DNA of 62,568 nucleotides from Lysobacter sp. (GTDB lineage Bacteria; Pseudomonadota; Gammaproteobacteria; Xanthomonadales; Xanthomonadaceae). Numbering within the stretch: the stretch's first letter is position 1; each line of letters begins with the position of its first letter. The stretch lies in NCBI GenBank assembly GCA_036525015.1, contig DATDBD010000149.1:1-62568 (forward strand), written 5' to 3'. The position numbers and the translations under genes were made by a program. The notes beneath the pieces are model-generated. The model searched no databases and had not been told where the DNA came from. It worked only from the letters and a program-made list of their open reading frames with translations. Below are positions 41,274-51,820 of this stretch, piece by piece.

Positions 41274-42296
41274 TCAACCGCCAATGAGATACATCTCGAC
41301 GTGCTTGCGCGGCGCCGACGCGCCGCCTCGCAACTCGCTGTAACGGTCGCCGCGGCGCGACCAGACCTCGGCCACGCGCTCTCCCAGCGCCGCCTCGCCC
41401 TGCGCCAACGCGGGCCGCAGATCGTGGCCGGCCGCCGCGAACAGGCAGGTGTAGAGCCGACCGTCGGCCGACACGCGCGCACGGTGGCAAGCGCCGCAGA
41501 AAGGCTCGCTGACGGAACTGACGAAGCCGATCTCACCCCGCCCGTCGGCGAAGGCATAACGCGAGGCGACCTCGCCCCGGTACTGCGCCTCCAGCGGACG
41601 CAACGGCCAGCGCGCGGCGATGCGGTCGCGCAACTCGCGCGAAGGGACCACCCGTTCGCGGACCCAGCCATTGCAGGTGCCCACGTCCATGTACTCGATG
41701 AATCGCACGATGTGGCCGGTGCCGCGAAAGCGCTCGACCAGCGGCAACAGTTGGTCCTCGTTGATGCCGCGTTCGACCACGCAGTTGAGCTTGATCGATT
41801 CGAAGCCGGCCGCCTGCGCCGCTTCGATGCCGGCCAGCACATCGGCCACCTCGCCGCGGCCTCCGGACATCTCGCGGAACCGCTGCGGGTCCAGCGCATC
41901 CAGGCTGACCGTGATGCGCCCGAGCCCGGCTTCGCGCAGTGCGCGCGCCTGCGGGGCCAGCAGCGAACCATTGGTGGTCAGGGCGATGTCGTCGAGACCG
42001 TCGATGGCGGCGAGACGACGGACCAGATCGGGCAGATGCTTGCGCAGCAGCGGCTCGCCGCCGGTCAGGCGCAGCTTACGTACGCCAACGCGCACGAATC
42101 CGCGCACGAGCGTCTCGATCTCGTCGAACGACAAGCGCGACGCCGCATCGAAGCCATGATCGTCCGGCACGCGATCGGCCGGCATGCAATACGGGCAACG
42201 GAAGTTGCACGCCTCGATCACCGACAGGCGCAGATCGCGCAACGGCCGCCCGCGCAGGTCGTGAGGCAGGGTCGGCAGTGCGGTCACAGCGCTCAT
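41274..42296 (-). CDS. moaA: GTP 3',8-cyclase
   Basis: CNFRCPYC radical-SAM motif, LTGGEPL, CGACHR..C, terminal IGG. Confidence 0.96.
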   Translation of the reverse strand: MSAVTALPTLPHDLRGRPLRDLRLSVIEACNFRCPYCMPADRVPDDHGFDAASRLSFDEIETLVRGFVRVGVRKLRLTGGEPLLRKHLPDLVRRLAAIDGLDDIALTTNGSLLAPQARALREAGLGRITVSLDALDPQRFREMSGGRGEVADVLAGIEAAQAAGFESIKLNCVVERGINEDQLLPLVERFRGTGHIVRFIEYMDVGTCNGWVRERVVPSRELRDRIAARWPLRPLEAQYRGEVASRYAFADGRGEIGFVSSVSEPFCGACHRARVSADGRLYTCLFAAAGHDLRPALAQGEAALGERVAEVWSRRGDRYSELRGGASAPRKHVEMYLIGG

Positions 42297-43051
42297 ACCT
42301 GTTCCGACCGCTGTGCGGTGGGTTCGTTCAGCGCCACGACCTCGCCCGGATGCGCTACCCGGTAACCGCGCGCAGCCAGCCGTTCGCCGTCCTCGCGTTG
42401 CGCGTAGTGATAGAGCAGGCAACGATCGAGCAGTTCGCGCGGGTATTCGCGTTCGAGATCGTCGATCCCGCTGTGCGAGGGATTGCCGTGCAATGCGCAG
42501 TCGTGCGCCACGAGCTCTGCGTCGTCGGCGATTTTGGCCAGAACTTCCGGAATCGGCCTCGTATCGCCGGTCCACACCACGCTGCCGCGCAGACGCAGGC
42601 CGAACGCGGTTTCCGGCCAATGATGGCGGGTCGGGAACACCTCCAGTCGCACTCCCTCGTGCCAGAACGCGGCACCAACCGGAATCACCTGGAAGGCATC
42701 CCAGAAATTCGCTCCGCCTTCGGCCAGCGTGTTGGGGTAATCGCCCACGCGCTGATGCAACAGCGGTACCACGGTCGCTGGCACGTACACGCGCACCTTG
42801 CCGCGACGCGAGTCATCGAAGTAACTGGAGACGAACAGCCGCTCGAAACCCGCCACATGGTCCAGGTGGGTGTGGGTGATGAACAGCGCCTGCGGGGCCT
42901 GCCCGTAATGGGCGAGATACGCGGTCAGGCCCTCGCCGCCGCAGTCGATCGTCAGCCACGGCGCGCCGTCGCGCTCGATCGTCGCCATCGCCGAACCGAG
43001 CTCGACCGCCGACGCGTTGCCGACGCCGTGCAGACGCAGTTGCCAGCCCAT
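42293..43051 (-). CDS. MBL-fold metallohydrolase (RNase Z/PhnP-like)
   Basis: IDCG, THTHLDH (HxHxDH), WTGDT, HDC, SHS, LYHY. Confidence 0.87.
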   Translation of the reverse strand: MGWQLRLHGVGNASAVELGSAMATIERDGAPWLTIDCGGEGLTAYLAHYGQAPQALFITHTHLDHVAGFERLFVSSYFDDSRRGKVRVYVPATVVPLLHQRVGDYPNTLAEGGANFWDAFQVIPVGAAFWHEGVRLEVFPTRHHWPETAFGLRLRGSVVWTGDTRPIPEVLAKIADDAELVAHDCALHGNPSHSGIDDLEREYPRELLDRCLLYHYAQREDGERLAARGYRVAHPGEVVALNEPTAQRSEQV

Positions 43052-43052
43052 T

Positions 43053-43802
43053 TCAGAATCCTCGCTGCCAGGCGCGATCGTACGCCTCGCGCAGTCTGGC
43101 GAAATCGCGCTCGATGACGTCCACAGGACGTTCACCTCGCAACTTCAGCAGCGAACGCTTGAGACGCGCGAGGTTGCGCTCGCGCCAGCCGGTGGCCGGA
43201 ATGCGCAGCCGGCCCCGGTCGAGATCGATGACCCAGCCTCGTCCGGTAGTGTCGAACAGCAGGTTGTGGGCGTTGAGGTCGGCGTGGTCGAGACCGGCGC
43301 GGTGCGTCCTGGCGATCAGGCGCCCGGCCTCTTCCCAAGGCGCGCCATCGCCCGCCACGGCGGCGCGGTCGGCCAGCGAGCGCACATCGTTGAGGCGTTC
43401 GAGCAGGATCGCGGCGTAATAGTGCATGCCGTCGCGCCGGTAGTAGGCGGCGATCGGGCGCGGCACCGGCACGCCCTTCTCGGCGACGGCGCGGGTCAGG
43501 CGGAACTCGGCGAAGCTGCGGGTTTCGGCTGCGCCATGCCACCAGTAACGGTCGCGGTTGAAGCGCGCGACCATGCCGCCGCGCAGGTACCGGCGCAGCA
43601 ACGTCGGGCCGAACGGGGCGTCGATGAACCACGCGCCTCCGCGCCCGCCGCTTTCGACCGGCCGTGCGCGTTCGCCCCAGAACGACGGCGCGAACCATTC
43701 CGGGCTCGCTTGCCGCACGCGGCCAAGGTCGAACAGAATCGCACCGTATCCGCTTTCGTCACGGAACGGTGTCAGTCCTTCAGTGGCGTCATACCCCGTC
43801 AT
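43053..43802 (-). CDS. kdkA: 3-deoxy-D-manno-octulosonic acid (Kdo) kinase
   Basis: [37 protein letters not shown]. Confidence 0.92.
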   Translation of the reverse strand: MTGYDATEGLTPFRDESGYGAILFDLGRVRQASPEWFAPSFWGERARPVESGGRGGAWFIDAPFGPTLLRRYLRGGMVARFNRDRYWWHGAAETRSFAEFRLTRAVAEKGVPVPRPIAAYYRRDGMHYYAAILLERLNDVRSLADRAAVAGDGAPWEEAGRLIARTHRAGLDHADLNAHNLLFDTTGRGWVIDLDRGRLRIPATGWRERNLARLKRSLLKLRGERPVDVIERDFARLREAYDRAWQRGF

Positions 43803-43824
43803 CGTCCGGAGTCTAGCAATTCAC

Positions 43825-44904
43825 GTGCCCAACGCACCTCTATCTGCCTGCCTGCTGCGGTTGTCCGCGCTGGGCGATGTAACCCATGTTGTCCCGCTGG
43901 TGCGCACCTTGCAGGCGGCCTGGCCGCACCTGCGCCTGAGCTGGGTCATCGGTCGCGGCGAGCATCGGTTGCTCGAAGGCCTGCCCAGCATGGACTTCGT
44001 CGAATACGACAAGAAGTCCGGACTGGCCGGCATGCGCGCCCTGCGTCGCGAACTCCGGCAACGCCTGGGCGCGGCGCAGCGCTTCGACGCCTTGCTGCAG
44101 ATGCAGGTCGCGGCGCGCGCCAACCTGCTGTCGGCCTTCATCCCGGCCACGCGACGGATCGGTTACGACCGCAGCCGTTCGAAGGATGGCCATGGGCTGT
44201 TCGTCAACGAGCGCATCCCGGACCGCCCCGGCATCCACGTCCTCGACGCGATCGGCAGCTTCTGCGAGCCGCTGGGACTGCGCCAGACCGAAGTGCGATG
44301 GGACCTGCCGGTCCCGCTCGACGCGCGCGGGTGGGCCCGCGCGCAATGGCCGGACGACGGCGCCCCCACCCTGCTGATCTCGCCCTGCTCGAGCCATGTG
44401 CTGCGCAACTGGCGCGCCGACCGCTATGCGGCGGTGGCAGACCATGCCGCCTCGCGCGGCTGGCGGGTCGTGCTGTGCGGCGGTCGCAGCGAACTGGAGC
44501 GGCAGACCACCGACGCGATCCTTGCTGCGATGACGCGCCCGGCCCTCGATCTGGTCGGCAAGGACACGCTCAAGCAACTGCCGGCACTGCTCGAGCGCGG
44601 CCAACTGCTGATGACCCCGGATTCCGGGCCGATGCACATCGGCAACGCCATGGGCACGAAGGTGCTCGGCCTGCATGCTGCCAGCAACCCGGCACGCAGC
44701 GGCCCCTACAGCGACCTGCGCTACTGCGTCGACCGCTACGACGATGCCGCGCGTCGATACCTCAAACGCCCGGCCTCCGAGCTGGGCTGGGGCACCAAGA
44801 TCGAACACGAGGGCGTCATGGACCTTGTCACGGTCGATGACGCCGTCGCCGCGTTTGAGCGCTATGTGGCGGACCATCCGTCCACGAACCACAGGAGTCC
44901 GTAA
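43825..44904 (+). CDS. opsX: Glycosyltransferase family 9 (OpsX-like LPS core transferase)
   Basis: LRLSALGDV, PDSGPMH, GLHA; divergent from kdkA; GTG start approximate. Confidence 0.85.
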   Translation: MPNAPLSACLLRLSALGDVTHVVPLVRTLQAAWPHLRLSWVIGRGEHRLLEGLPSMDFVEYDKKSGLAGMRALRRELRQRLGAAQRFDALLQMQVAARANLLSAFIPATRRIGYDRSRSKDGHGLFVNERIPDRPGIHVLDAIGSFCEPLGLRQTEVRWDLPVPLDARGWARAQWPDDGAPTLLISPCSSHVLRNWRADRYAAVADHAASRGWRVVLCGGRSELERQTTDAILAAMTRPALDLVGKDTLKQLPALLERGQLLMTPDSGPMHIGNAMGTKVLGLHAASNPARSGPYSDLRYCVDRYDDAARRYLKRPASELGWGTKIEHEGVMDLVTVDDAVAAFERYVADHPSTNHRSP

Positions 44905-45254
44905 TGGCCGGCTGGTTCACCATCGTGGCGCCGCTGCTCCCGGAGCTGATCCGGGCCGCGCGGCCGATGTTCACCCGCAGTCGCGAGCCCTCGCAGATCC
45001 CGCAGCAGATCCGCGAACTGCAGGACGCCGTGGATCACAACGACCAGGCCATCAAGGCCCTGGCCGGCGAGCTGGAACAGACGCTGGCGGTGCTCAAGCA
45101 GGCGTCGATGGAAGCCGAACGCACGATCACCGATCTGCGGCAGTCGCACGATGCGCTGGAAAAACGGCTGCAGCGGGCGCAGGCCGTGTCGATCGTGGCC
45201 GTCACGATGGCGGCCCTGGCGTTCGCCGTCGCCGCCTACGCGCTGGCGCGTTAG
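44904..45254 (+). CDS. Hypothetical coiled-coil protein with C-terminal TM anchor
   Basis: TAATG overlap with opsX, AGGAG RBS, heptad-like middle, hydrophobic tail. Confidence 0.75.
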   Translation: MAGWFTIVAPLLPELIRAARPMFTRSREPSQIPQQIRELQDAVDHNDQAIKALAGELEQTLAVLKQASMEAERTITDLRQSHDALEKRLQRAQAVSIVAVTMAALAFAVAAYALAR

Positions 45255-45272
45255 CCGCGCGGTTGTTGCACC

Positions 45273-45680
45273 TCAGGGAGCGGCGCCGGTCCGGTAGTCC
45301 TGGTAGGACTTCTCTTCGACGTAGGCCGAGCCCAGGGCGAGATTGATGTCCTTCTTGATGCGGGCGCGCTCATCGTTCTCGAAATAGACGCTGCGCGCCA
45401 GGCGCACGAACTCAGCGTCGAACTCCTGCGCCTTCTCCTTGATGCGGATGTCGTCCTCGATCACCCACAGCCGCTCGTTGACGGTCTTGAGCTCGGCGCG
45501 CAGCCGGGCGATGTCCTTGCCGGCGGCAGGGTGCGCCATCCAGGTCTTCTCCAGCGCGGACAGTTCGTTGCGGACATTGGCCAGCTTGTCCGGATCGCTC
45601 ATGCGCTCGGACTTGATCTGCAGGATCGCGATCTTGTCCAGCAGCTCGCCAAAGGACACCGGGACCAGGATTTCGGACAT
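45273..45680 (-). CDS. DUF6165-like protein
   Basis: PVSFGELLDKIAILQIK..LW.IEDDIR..LARSVY..NDERA.IK..IN..GS..VEEKSY pattern. Confidence 0.8.
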   Translation of the reverse strand: MSEILVPVSFGELLDKIAILQIKSERMSDPDKLANVRNELSALEKTWMAHPAAGKDIARLRAELKTVNERLWVIEDDIRIKEKAQEFDAEFVRLARSVYFENDERARIKKDINLALGSAYVEEKSYQDYRTGAAP

Positions 45681-45732
45681 GGGAACGGCCGTTTGTTCAG
45701 GGGGCGACAGTGTAGCCGGCACGGACCATGCC

Positions 45733-45761
45733 TTGTCGTGACGGCCGGCTACCCGTATCAT
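45733..45761 (+). promoter_or_regulatory. sigma70 promoter for tRNA-Ser(CGA)
   Basis: TTGTCG-N17-TATCAT. Confidence 0.6.
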
Positions 45762-45779
45762 TGTCGGCTTGCTGCACCC

Positions 45780-45870
<91 letters not shown>

Positions 45871-45878
45871 GTTACATG

Positions 45879-45903
45879 AAAAGGGCCCCATGGGCCCTTT
45901 TTT
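45879..45903 (+). terminator. Rho-independent terminator
   Basis: AAAAGGGCCC-CAT-GGGCCCTTTTTT. Confidence 0.75.
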
Positions 45904-46060
45904 CTTGCCTGCACCCTGGCCAGTGGCCATCCGGATGGGGAATCCTTCGTTCGTTCTGTGACAGCCTCGCGGGTACTGCCTTGCCTGGCGGCCGCCGCGC
46001 CGCGATGATTCCGTTATCCGCCATGAATAGCCACGACGACGCGACAGGCCTGCTCGACAC

Positions 46061-46768
46061 ATGATCGAATTCGGACATCTGACGCACGTCGGCCTGCGCC
46101 GCGAACTCAACGAAGACACCTATTACGGTGACAGCGAGCTGGGTCTGTGGCTGGTGGCCGATGGCATGGGCGGCCATGAGTACGGCGAGGTCGCCAGCGC
46201 ATTGGCGCGCGAGACGATCGTGCGCGAGATCCGCGACGGCACGCCGCTTGCCCAGGCGATCCGCATCGCCGACGAGGAAATCATCCGCACCTCCAAGCGG
46301 CGCAACGATGCCCTGCCGATGGGCACTACGGTCGTTGCCGCGCGCATCGCCCCCGGCAACCGCTTCGAGGTCGCATGGGTGGGCGACAGCCGCGTCTATC
46401 TGTGGCGCGACGGCCACCTGGCACAACTGTCCCAGGACCACAGCTACGTGCAGGAGCTCATCGCCAACGGCGCAATCACGCACGAGCAGGCACGCAGCCA
46501 TCCGCACCGTAATGTCGTCACCCAGGCGCTGGGCGTCACCGACCCGCGCAACCTCAACGTCGAAACCATGACCGGCGAACTCAAGCCCGGGATGCAGTTG
46601 CTGCTGTGCAGCGACGGCCTGACCGAGGAAGTGGACGATCGCAGCATCGCCCGCGTGCTGGCCCACAGCGACTGCAGCGCGCAGGAATGCGTGGACACGC
46701 TGGTCGCGGCCGCGCTCGACGGCGGCGGCTCCGACAACGTCACCGTGATCCTGGTGCGCAGCCACTGA
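46061..46768 (+). CDS. PP2C/PPM-family Ser/Thr protein phosphatase
   Basis: VG.RR..NED, VADGMGG, GTT, VGDSR, LCSDGL, GSDNVT. Confidence 0.93.
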   Translation: MIEFGHLTHVGLRRELNEDTYYGDSELGLWLVADGMGGHEYGEVASALARETIVREIRDGTPLAQAIRIADEEIIRTSKRRNDALPMGTTVVAARIAPGNRFEVAWVGDSRVYLWRDGHLAQLSQDHSYVQELIANGAITHEQARSHPHRNVVTQALGVTDPRNLNVETMTGELKPGMQLLLCSDGLTEEVDDRSIARVLAHSDCSAQECVDTLVAAALDGGGSDNVTVILVRSH

Positions 46769-46819
46769 GTTGCGGGGAACGGGCACGTCGCCCGTTCGTT
46801 GTCGATCCGTTCGTTTCGA

Positions 46820-47557
46820 TCAGGCGAGTGCCATCTCGTCGGGCTCTTCCGCCGGTGCGTACTGGTCCCATACGCACTTGCCGCCGGCTTTCTTGCGCAA
46901 TTTCTCCAGTCGCGCCTCGTGTGCTGCCAGCTCATCCATCGCCACCTGCACGCGCGGCCGCGCGGCCGACGCAGAGGTGCGGAACTGCATGACCTCGACC
47001 TGGGCGTCCTGCCCGTCGCCGCCGAAGCCGATTTCCTCCTGGCCCGAGGTCAGCGCGATGTATACGTCCGCCAGCAATTGGGCGTCGAGCAGCGCTCCGT
47101 GCAGCTGGCGGTGCGAGTTGTCCACGCCCAGGCGCTTGCAGAGCGCATCGAGCGAGTTGCGCTGCCCCGGATAGCGCTGGCGCGCCAGCAGCAGCGTGTC
47201 CTCGACGGTGCAGCGATCCGTCAGGCGACCGTATTGCGGGCCAAGTAGACGCAGTTCGTTGTCGAGGAAGCCGACGTCGAACGCGGCGTTGTGGATGATC
47301 AACTCGGCACCCTCGATGAAGGCGACGAACTCCTCGGCGACGTCGGCGAAGGACGGCTTGTCGGCGAGGAACTCCAGGGTCAGGCCGGTGACTTCCTGCG
47401 CGCCCTGCTCGAACTGGCAGTCGGGCTTGAGATAGACGTGGAAGGTGCGCCCGCTGGGGCGGCGCTCGACGTATTCCACGCAGCCGATTTCGACCACTCG
47501 GTTGCCGCGCTCCCAGCTCAGGCCGGTGGTTTCGGTATCAAGGATGATTTGACGCAT
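46820..47557 (-). CDS. dnaQ: DNA polymerase III epsilon subunit
   Basis: MRQIILDTETTG, HNAAFD, HGALLDAQLLADVY. Confidence 0.96.
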   Translation of the reverse strand: MRQIILDTETTGLSWERGNRVVEIGCVEYVERRPSGRTFHVYLKPDCQFEQGAQEVTGLTLEFLADKPSFADVAEEFVAFIEGAELIIHNAAFDVGFLDNELRLLGPQYGRLTDRCTVEDTLLLARQRYPGQRNSLDALCKRLGVDNSHRQLHGALLDAQLLADVYIALTSGQEEIGFGGDGQDAQVEVMQFRTSASAARPRVQVAMDELAAHEARLEKLRKKAGGKCVWDQYAPAEEPDEMALA

Positions 47558-47588
47558 CGGTGGATTGGTTCCAGGACTCGGCAGGTTG

Positions 47589-48059
47589 TCAGCGGGCAAC
47601 GGCGGCGGTATCGCGCTGGCGCTGGGCCTGGATGCGCGCGAGCACGTCGACACGCTCGTTGTCGGGGTCGCCGGAATGTCCCTTCACCCACTTCCACTCG
47701 ATCTGGTGACGCTGGGATGCGGCATGCAGCCGCTCCCACAGGTCGCGGTTCTTGACCGGGTCTCCGCCCGCCGTCTTCCAGCCGCGCCGAACCCAGTTGC
47801 CGATCCACTCGGTGATCCCCTGGCGGACGTATTGGGAGTCGGTATGCAGGACGATCTCGCACGGCTCGCTGAGCGTCTCCAGGGCCATGATCGCGCCCAT
47901 CAGCTCCATGCGATTGTTGGTCGAGTCGGGTTCGCCCCCGGAGAGTTCTCGTTCGCGCCCCTTGTAACGCAGCAGTGCCGCCCAGCCGCCGGGGCCGGGA
48001 TTGCCCAGGCAGGCGCCGTCGGTGTGGATGTCGACGGCTTTCATTTCGGATTTCGTCAT
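47589..48059 (-). CDS. rnhA: Ribonuclease HI
   Basis: [37 protein letters not shown]. Confidence 0.96.
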   Translation of the reverse strand: MTKSEMKAVDIHTDGACLGNPGPGGWAALLRYKGRERELSGGEPDSTNNRMELMGAIMALETLSEPCEIVLHTDSQYVRQGITEWIGNWVRRGWKTAGGDPVKNRDLWERLHAASQRHQIEWKWVKGHSGDPDNERVDVLARIQAQRQRDTAAVAR

Positions 48060-48766
48060 TCGCACATTATGGCGGCAGGCCGTCGCATCTGTTCGGACGA
48101 CGTTGCCAGCGGGACGCGACCGGCCTGCCAGCGCAGCTGTTTCAGGGGCGTCGGCGGGATCAGCGAGCGCACACGCTTGCACACAACCAAGGCCACGCCC
48201 GCCCGCAGCCGGTCCGCCGCGCCGACCCCGGCCTCGCCGTGCGCGACTCGCCAATGCGGCCCCAGCCACTGCAGGCTGACCGCTTCGCTGGCGAAGCCCG
48301 CGGCGCGCAGTGCGGCCTGCCACCGCCCCGGATCATGGGCGCGCAATCCCGAACGCGCCCAGCGCGCGCGGTAGGGACTCCAGGGGTTCAGCGCGGCCAG
48401 CCAGAGCAGCCCGCCCGGCGCCAGCACACGCTCGCATTCGTCCAGCAGGGGCTGGGCCTGGATGCCGTCGTCGAGCACGTGCTGCAGCAGCACCGCTCCC
48501 AGCGACTCGCTGGCCAGCGGCAGTGGCAACTGGCAGCGCAGCGTGCCGGCGAACGAAGTGCCCTGCCGCCGCAACAGCAACCCACGACGACCGGGCTCCG
48601 GCGGCACCGCGGCCGGCAACCCGAGCCAGGCCCAGGGCAGCGGCGGGGCCGTGTCGATCACCCGCGCCATGGCGGCGACCTCGACCGCAAGCACGCCCTG
48701 CCCGGCCTCGCTGCCGAACCAGGCCAGGGCGGGGGCGGGTTGACGGCCGTGGGCAAAGGCGGGCAT
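48056..48766 (-). CDS. YafS-like class I SAM-dependent methyltransferase-fold protein
   Basis: [32 protein letters not shown]; conserved position between gloB and rnhA. Confidence 0.78.
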   Translation of the reverse strand: MPAFAHGRQPAPALAWFGSEAGQGVLAVEVAAMARVIDTAPPLPWAWLGLPAAVPPEPGRRGLLLRRQGTSFAGTLRCQLPLPLASESLGAVLLQHVLDDGIQAQPLLDECERVLAPGGLLWLAALNPWSPYRARWARSGLRAHDPGRWQAALRAAGFASEAVSLQWLGPHWRVAHGEAGVGAADRLRAGVALVVCKRVRSLIPPTPLKQLRWQAGRVPLATSSEQMRRPAAIMCE

Positions 48767-48842
48767 CGTCGCGGCGTTTCCTGAAGGCCCGGGTCGCCCG
48801 GGCCCCCTGATTCTGAGGGAAAAGCCCCAGGAGGGTCACGCG

Positions 48843-49619
48843 ATGTCGTTACTGGCCCTGCCCGCCTTCAGCGACAACTACATCTGGGCGCTCGTCGCCG
48901 ACGGCGGCCGCGCGATCATCGTCGATCCCGGCGAGGCCGGACCGGTGCTGGCGGCGGCAGGCGAAGGCCTGGAGCCCGGCGCCATCCTGCTGACCCACCA
49001 TCACCATGATCACGTCGGCGGCGTTACCGCGCTGCGCGAGCGCTGGCCGGAGCTGCCTGTGGTGGCCCCACACGACGATCGCATCACCACCGCCACCCTT
49101 CGGGTCGGCGAGGGCGAGCACGTCGAAGTAGCCGGTCGCACATTCGACGTCATGGAAGTCCCCGGCCATACGCTCAGCCACATCGCGTACACGCTGGACG
49201 ACGGGCATGACCGGATCCTGTTCAGCGGCGACACGCTGTTCAGCCTGGGCTGCGGGCGGCTGTTCGAGGGCAGCCCGGAGCAGATGCTGGACTCCCTGAC
49301 GCGGCTGGCGGCTCTGCCCGACGACACCCGGCTGTGCTGCGGACATGAATACACCGTGGCCAACGCCGCCTTCGCCAAGGTTGTCGAACCGGACAATCCC
49401 GCACTGCAGCGACGGACCGAGCAGGCGCAGGCGCTTCGAGGCGATGGACGTCCAACGCTTCCGACCACGCTCGGCGAAGAGAAGGCAGCCAATCCGTTCC
49501 TGCGGACCGAAGCCTCCGGGGTATTGCGCACGCTCCGCGAACGCCTCGGGCGCGCGCCGTCAGACCGCGTCGAAGCTTTCGCCGAACTGCGGCGCTGGAA
49601 AGACGGGTTCGTCGCATGA
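48843..49619 (+). CDS. gloB: Hydroxyacylglutathione hydrolase (glyoxalase II)
   Basis: PAFSDNYIW, THHHHDH, PGHT, FSGDTLF..GCGR, HEYT, NPFLR. Confidence 0.95.
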   Translation: MSLLALPAFSDNYIWALVADGGRAIIVDPGEAGPVLAAAGEGLEPGAILLTHHHHDHVGGVTALRERWPELPVVAPHDDRITTATLRVGEGEHVEVAGRTFDVMEVPGHTLSHIAYTLDDGHDRILFSGDTLFSLGCGRLFEGSPEQMLDSLTRLAALPDDTRLCCGHEYTVANAAFAKVVEPDNPALQRRTEQAQALRGDGRPTLPTTLGEEKAANPFLRTEASGVLRTLRERLGRAPSDRVEAFAELRRWKDGFVA

Positions 49620-50797
49620 CCGGCCGGTGGCGCTGTTTAGCCGTAACCGGACTGTGGCTGGCCTTGGCCGCGACCTGCATGGCCGCAGAACCTGCGGCCT
49701 CCGTCGAACCTGAGACGGCCGCGCCCCCTTCGCCGACCCGCAACGGCCGCGAGATCTACGAGGAGTTTCGCAAGGGCCTCGCCGATCCGGAGTGCGAGCC
49801 CGGCGCGAGCAGCCAACGCTGGCGACAGCACTTCTCCACCGCGCCCAAGCGCCTGGCCTCCGAGGATGACGACCTTCTACCTCTGTTCGGCTATGTCGTC
49901 GCCGCCGTGCGCGAATCCCACCTCCCCAGCGAGTACGCGCTGATTCCGTTCGTCGAGAGCGGCTACCGTCCCGGTGCGAGAAGCCCTGATGGCACCGCCG
50001 GACTTTGGCAATTGATCGCGATCACCGCGCGCAACCACGACGTGCCGATCCGCAACGGCTACGACGGACGGCTTTCGCCGATCGATTCGACCCGTGCAGC
50101 GGTGCGTTACCTCAAGACCCTGCACGGCATGTTCGCCGGCGACTGGCGGCTGGCGGTGATGGCGTACAACGCGGGCGAGTATCGCGTGCTCGGTGCGCTC
50201 AAGCGCAACGGCCAGGTCGCCCGCTCGGCCAGGCCCGAGCAACTGACGGGCTTGTCCGACATCACCCAGGCCTATGTACGCAAGCTGCATGCGCTGTCGT
50301 GCCTGCTGGAGCAGGCAGACGACAAGGAAGAATGGCTGCAGGCGCTCGATCGGCCGGTGCCGCGCCTGGAGGCTTTACCCGTCCCGGTCGGCATCGACAG
50401 CATCGGCGAGTGGGCCAGTCGCACCGGCCAGGACGCCGCACAGCTTCAGCGCTTCAATCCCGTGTTCGTCGATGGCCGGATCCGCAGGGCCGGCAGCCAG
50501 CCGCCGCGGTTGCTGGCGGTGCGCGCTGACGCGAAGGATTCGGCCGATACCCCGACGGCGACCGATTCAACCGCAGCCGACACGGCGGTGGAGGTCGCCG
50601 GCTCGGGACGACGTCATACGGTGGTTCGGGGCGATACCGCATCGACCATAGCCAAACGATATGGCCTGCACGTCAGCGAGTTGCTTGCGCGCAATGGCCT
50701 GCGCGCCGGAAGCGTGCTGCATCCCGGGCAGGCACTGCTGATCGATCCGCTCGACATCCTGGCCGACAGCGTCCCCGGCAAGACCGGAACGCCCTGA
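49616..50797 (+). CDS. mltD: Lytic transglycosylase with LysM (MltD-like)
   Basis: IPFVESGY (catalytic Glu), GLWQL, AYNAGE, one C-terminal LysM; follows gloB. Confidence 0.85.
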   Translation: MTGRWRCLAVTGLWLALAATCMAAEPAASVEPETAAPPSPTRNGREIYEEFRKGLADPECEPGASSQRWRQHFSTAPKRLASEDDDLLPLFGYVVAAVRESHLPSEYALIPFVESGYRPGARSPDGTAGLWQLIAITARNHDVPIRNGYDGRLSPIDSTRAAVRYLKTLHGMFAGDWRLAVMAYNAGEYRVLGALKRNGQVARSARPEQLTGLSDITQAYVRKLHALSCLLEQADDKEEWLQALDRPVPRLEALPVPVGIDSIGEWASRTGQDAAQLQRFNPVFVDGRIRRAGSQPPRLLAVRADAKDSADTPTATDSTAADTAVEVAGSGRRHTVVRGDTASTIAKRYGLHVSELLARNGLRAGSVLHPGQALLIDPLDILADSVPGKTGTP

Positions 50798-50897
50798 CCC
50801 TACGCTGCCGCATCGCAGCATCCGGCCGCCATCGGCGGCTAAACTAGATCCTTTGCTCGACCGCGCCGCGGTCACGACATCATTAGAGGAAGAGCCC

Positions 50898-51692
50898 ATG
50901 GGTTTTCTGCAAGGCAAGCGTGCACTGATCACCGGCATCGCCAGCGAGCGTTCGATCGCCAGCGGGATCGCCGAGGCCATGCACCGCGAGGGCGCGCAAC
51001 TGGCGTTCACCTACCAGAACGAGAAGCTCAAGTCGCGCGTTGAGAAGGCGGCCGCCGAATACGGCAGCAACATCGTGATCCCGCTGGATGTCACCAGCGA
51101 CGACCAGATCGCCGCTTGCTTCGACGAACTTGGCAAGCACTGGACCGACGGCTTCGACATCCTCATCCATGCCATTGCCTATGCTCCGCGCGAAGCGATC
51201 GCCGGCCAGTTTCTCGATGGCCTCACTCGCGAGAATTTCGGCATCGCCCACGACATCTCCGCCTATTCGCTTGCCGCGATGGCCAAGGCCGCTCGTCCGC
51301 AGATGAAGGGCCGCAACGGCTCGATCCTGACGCTGAGCTACCTGGGCGCCGAACGCGCGCTGGCCGGCTACAACGTGATGGGTGTGGCCAAGGCCAGCCT
51401 GGAAGCGACCGTGCGCTACCTGGCCTACAACCTCGGCCCGGAAGGCACCCGCGTCAACGCGGTCTCTGCCGGCCCGATCAAGACCCTGGCGGCCGCGGGC
51501 ATCGCCGGTTTCCGCAAGATCCTCGGCCATGTCGAGGAGAATGCGCCGCTGCGCCGCACCGTCAGCATCGAACAGGTCGGCAATGTCGCTGCGTTCCTGT
51601 GCTCGGACCTGGCCGCGGGCGTGACGGGTGAAATCACCTATGTCGACTCCGGCTACAACATCCTCGGCATGACCGGCATCGACGTGGAGTGA
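50898..51692 (+). CDS. fabI: Enoyl-ACP reductase (NADH) FabI
   Basis: [40 protein letters not shown]; GAGGA RBS. Confidence 0.95.
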   Translation: MGFLQGKRALITGIASERSIASGIAEAMHREGAQLAFTYQNEKLKSRVEKAAAEYGSNIVIPLDVTSDDQIAACFDELGKHWTDGFDILIHAIAYAPREAIAGQFLDGLTRENFGIAHDISAYSLAAMAKAARPQMKGRNGSILTLSYLGAERALAGYNVMGVAKASLEATVRYLAYNLGPEGTRVNAVSAGPIKTLAAAGIAGFRKILGHVEENAPLRRTVSIEQVGNVAAFLCSDLAAGVTGEITYVDSGYNILGMTGIDVE

Positions 51693-51772
51693 TTGCGGCG
51701 CGTCGGGCATCGCTGCGCGCAGCGCAAGCGTTGCCGAACGCATCCGGTCGATCGTGATCCGATCGCCAAAAG

Positions 51773-51803
51773 AAAAGGCCCGGCATCCGCCGGGCCTTTT
51801 TTT
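51773..51803. terminator. Bidirectional terminator between fabI and ppiD
   Basis: AAAAGGCCCGG..CCGGGCCTTTTTTT. Confidence 0.8.
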
Positions 51804-51820
51804 GCGCTGCTGCGCGATGG

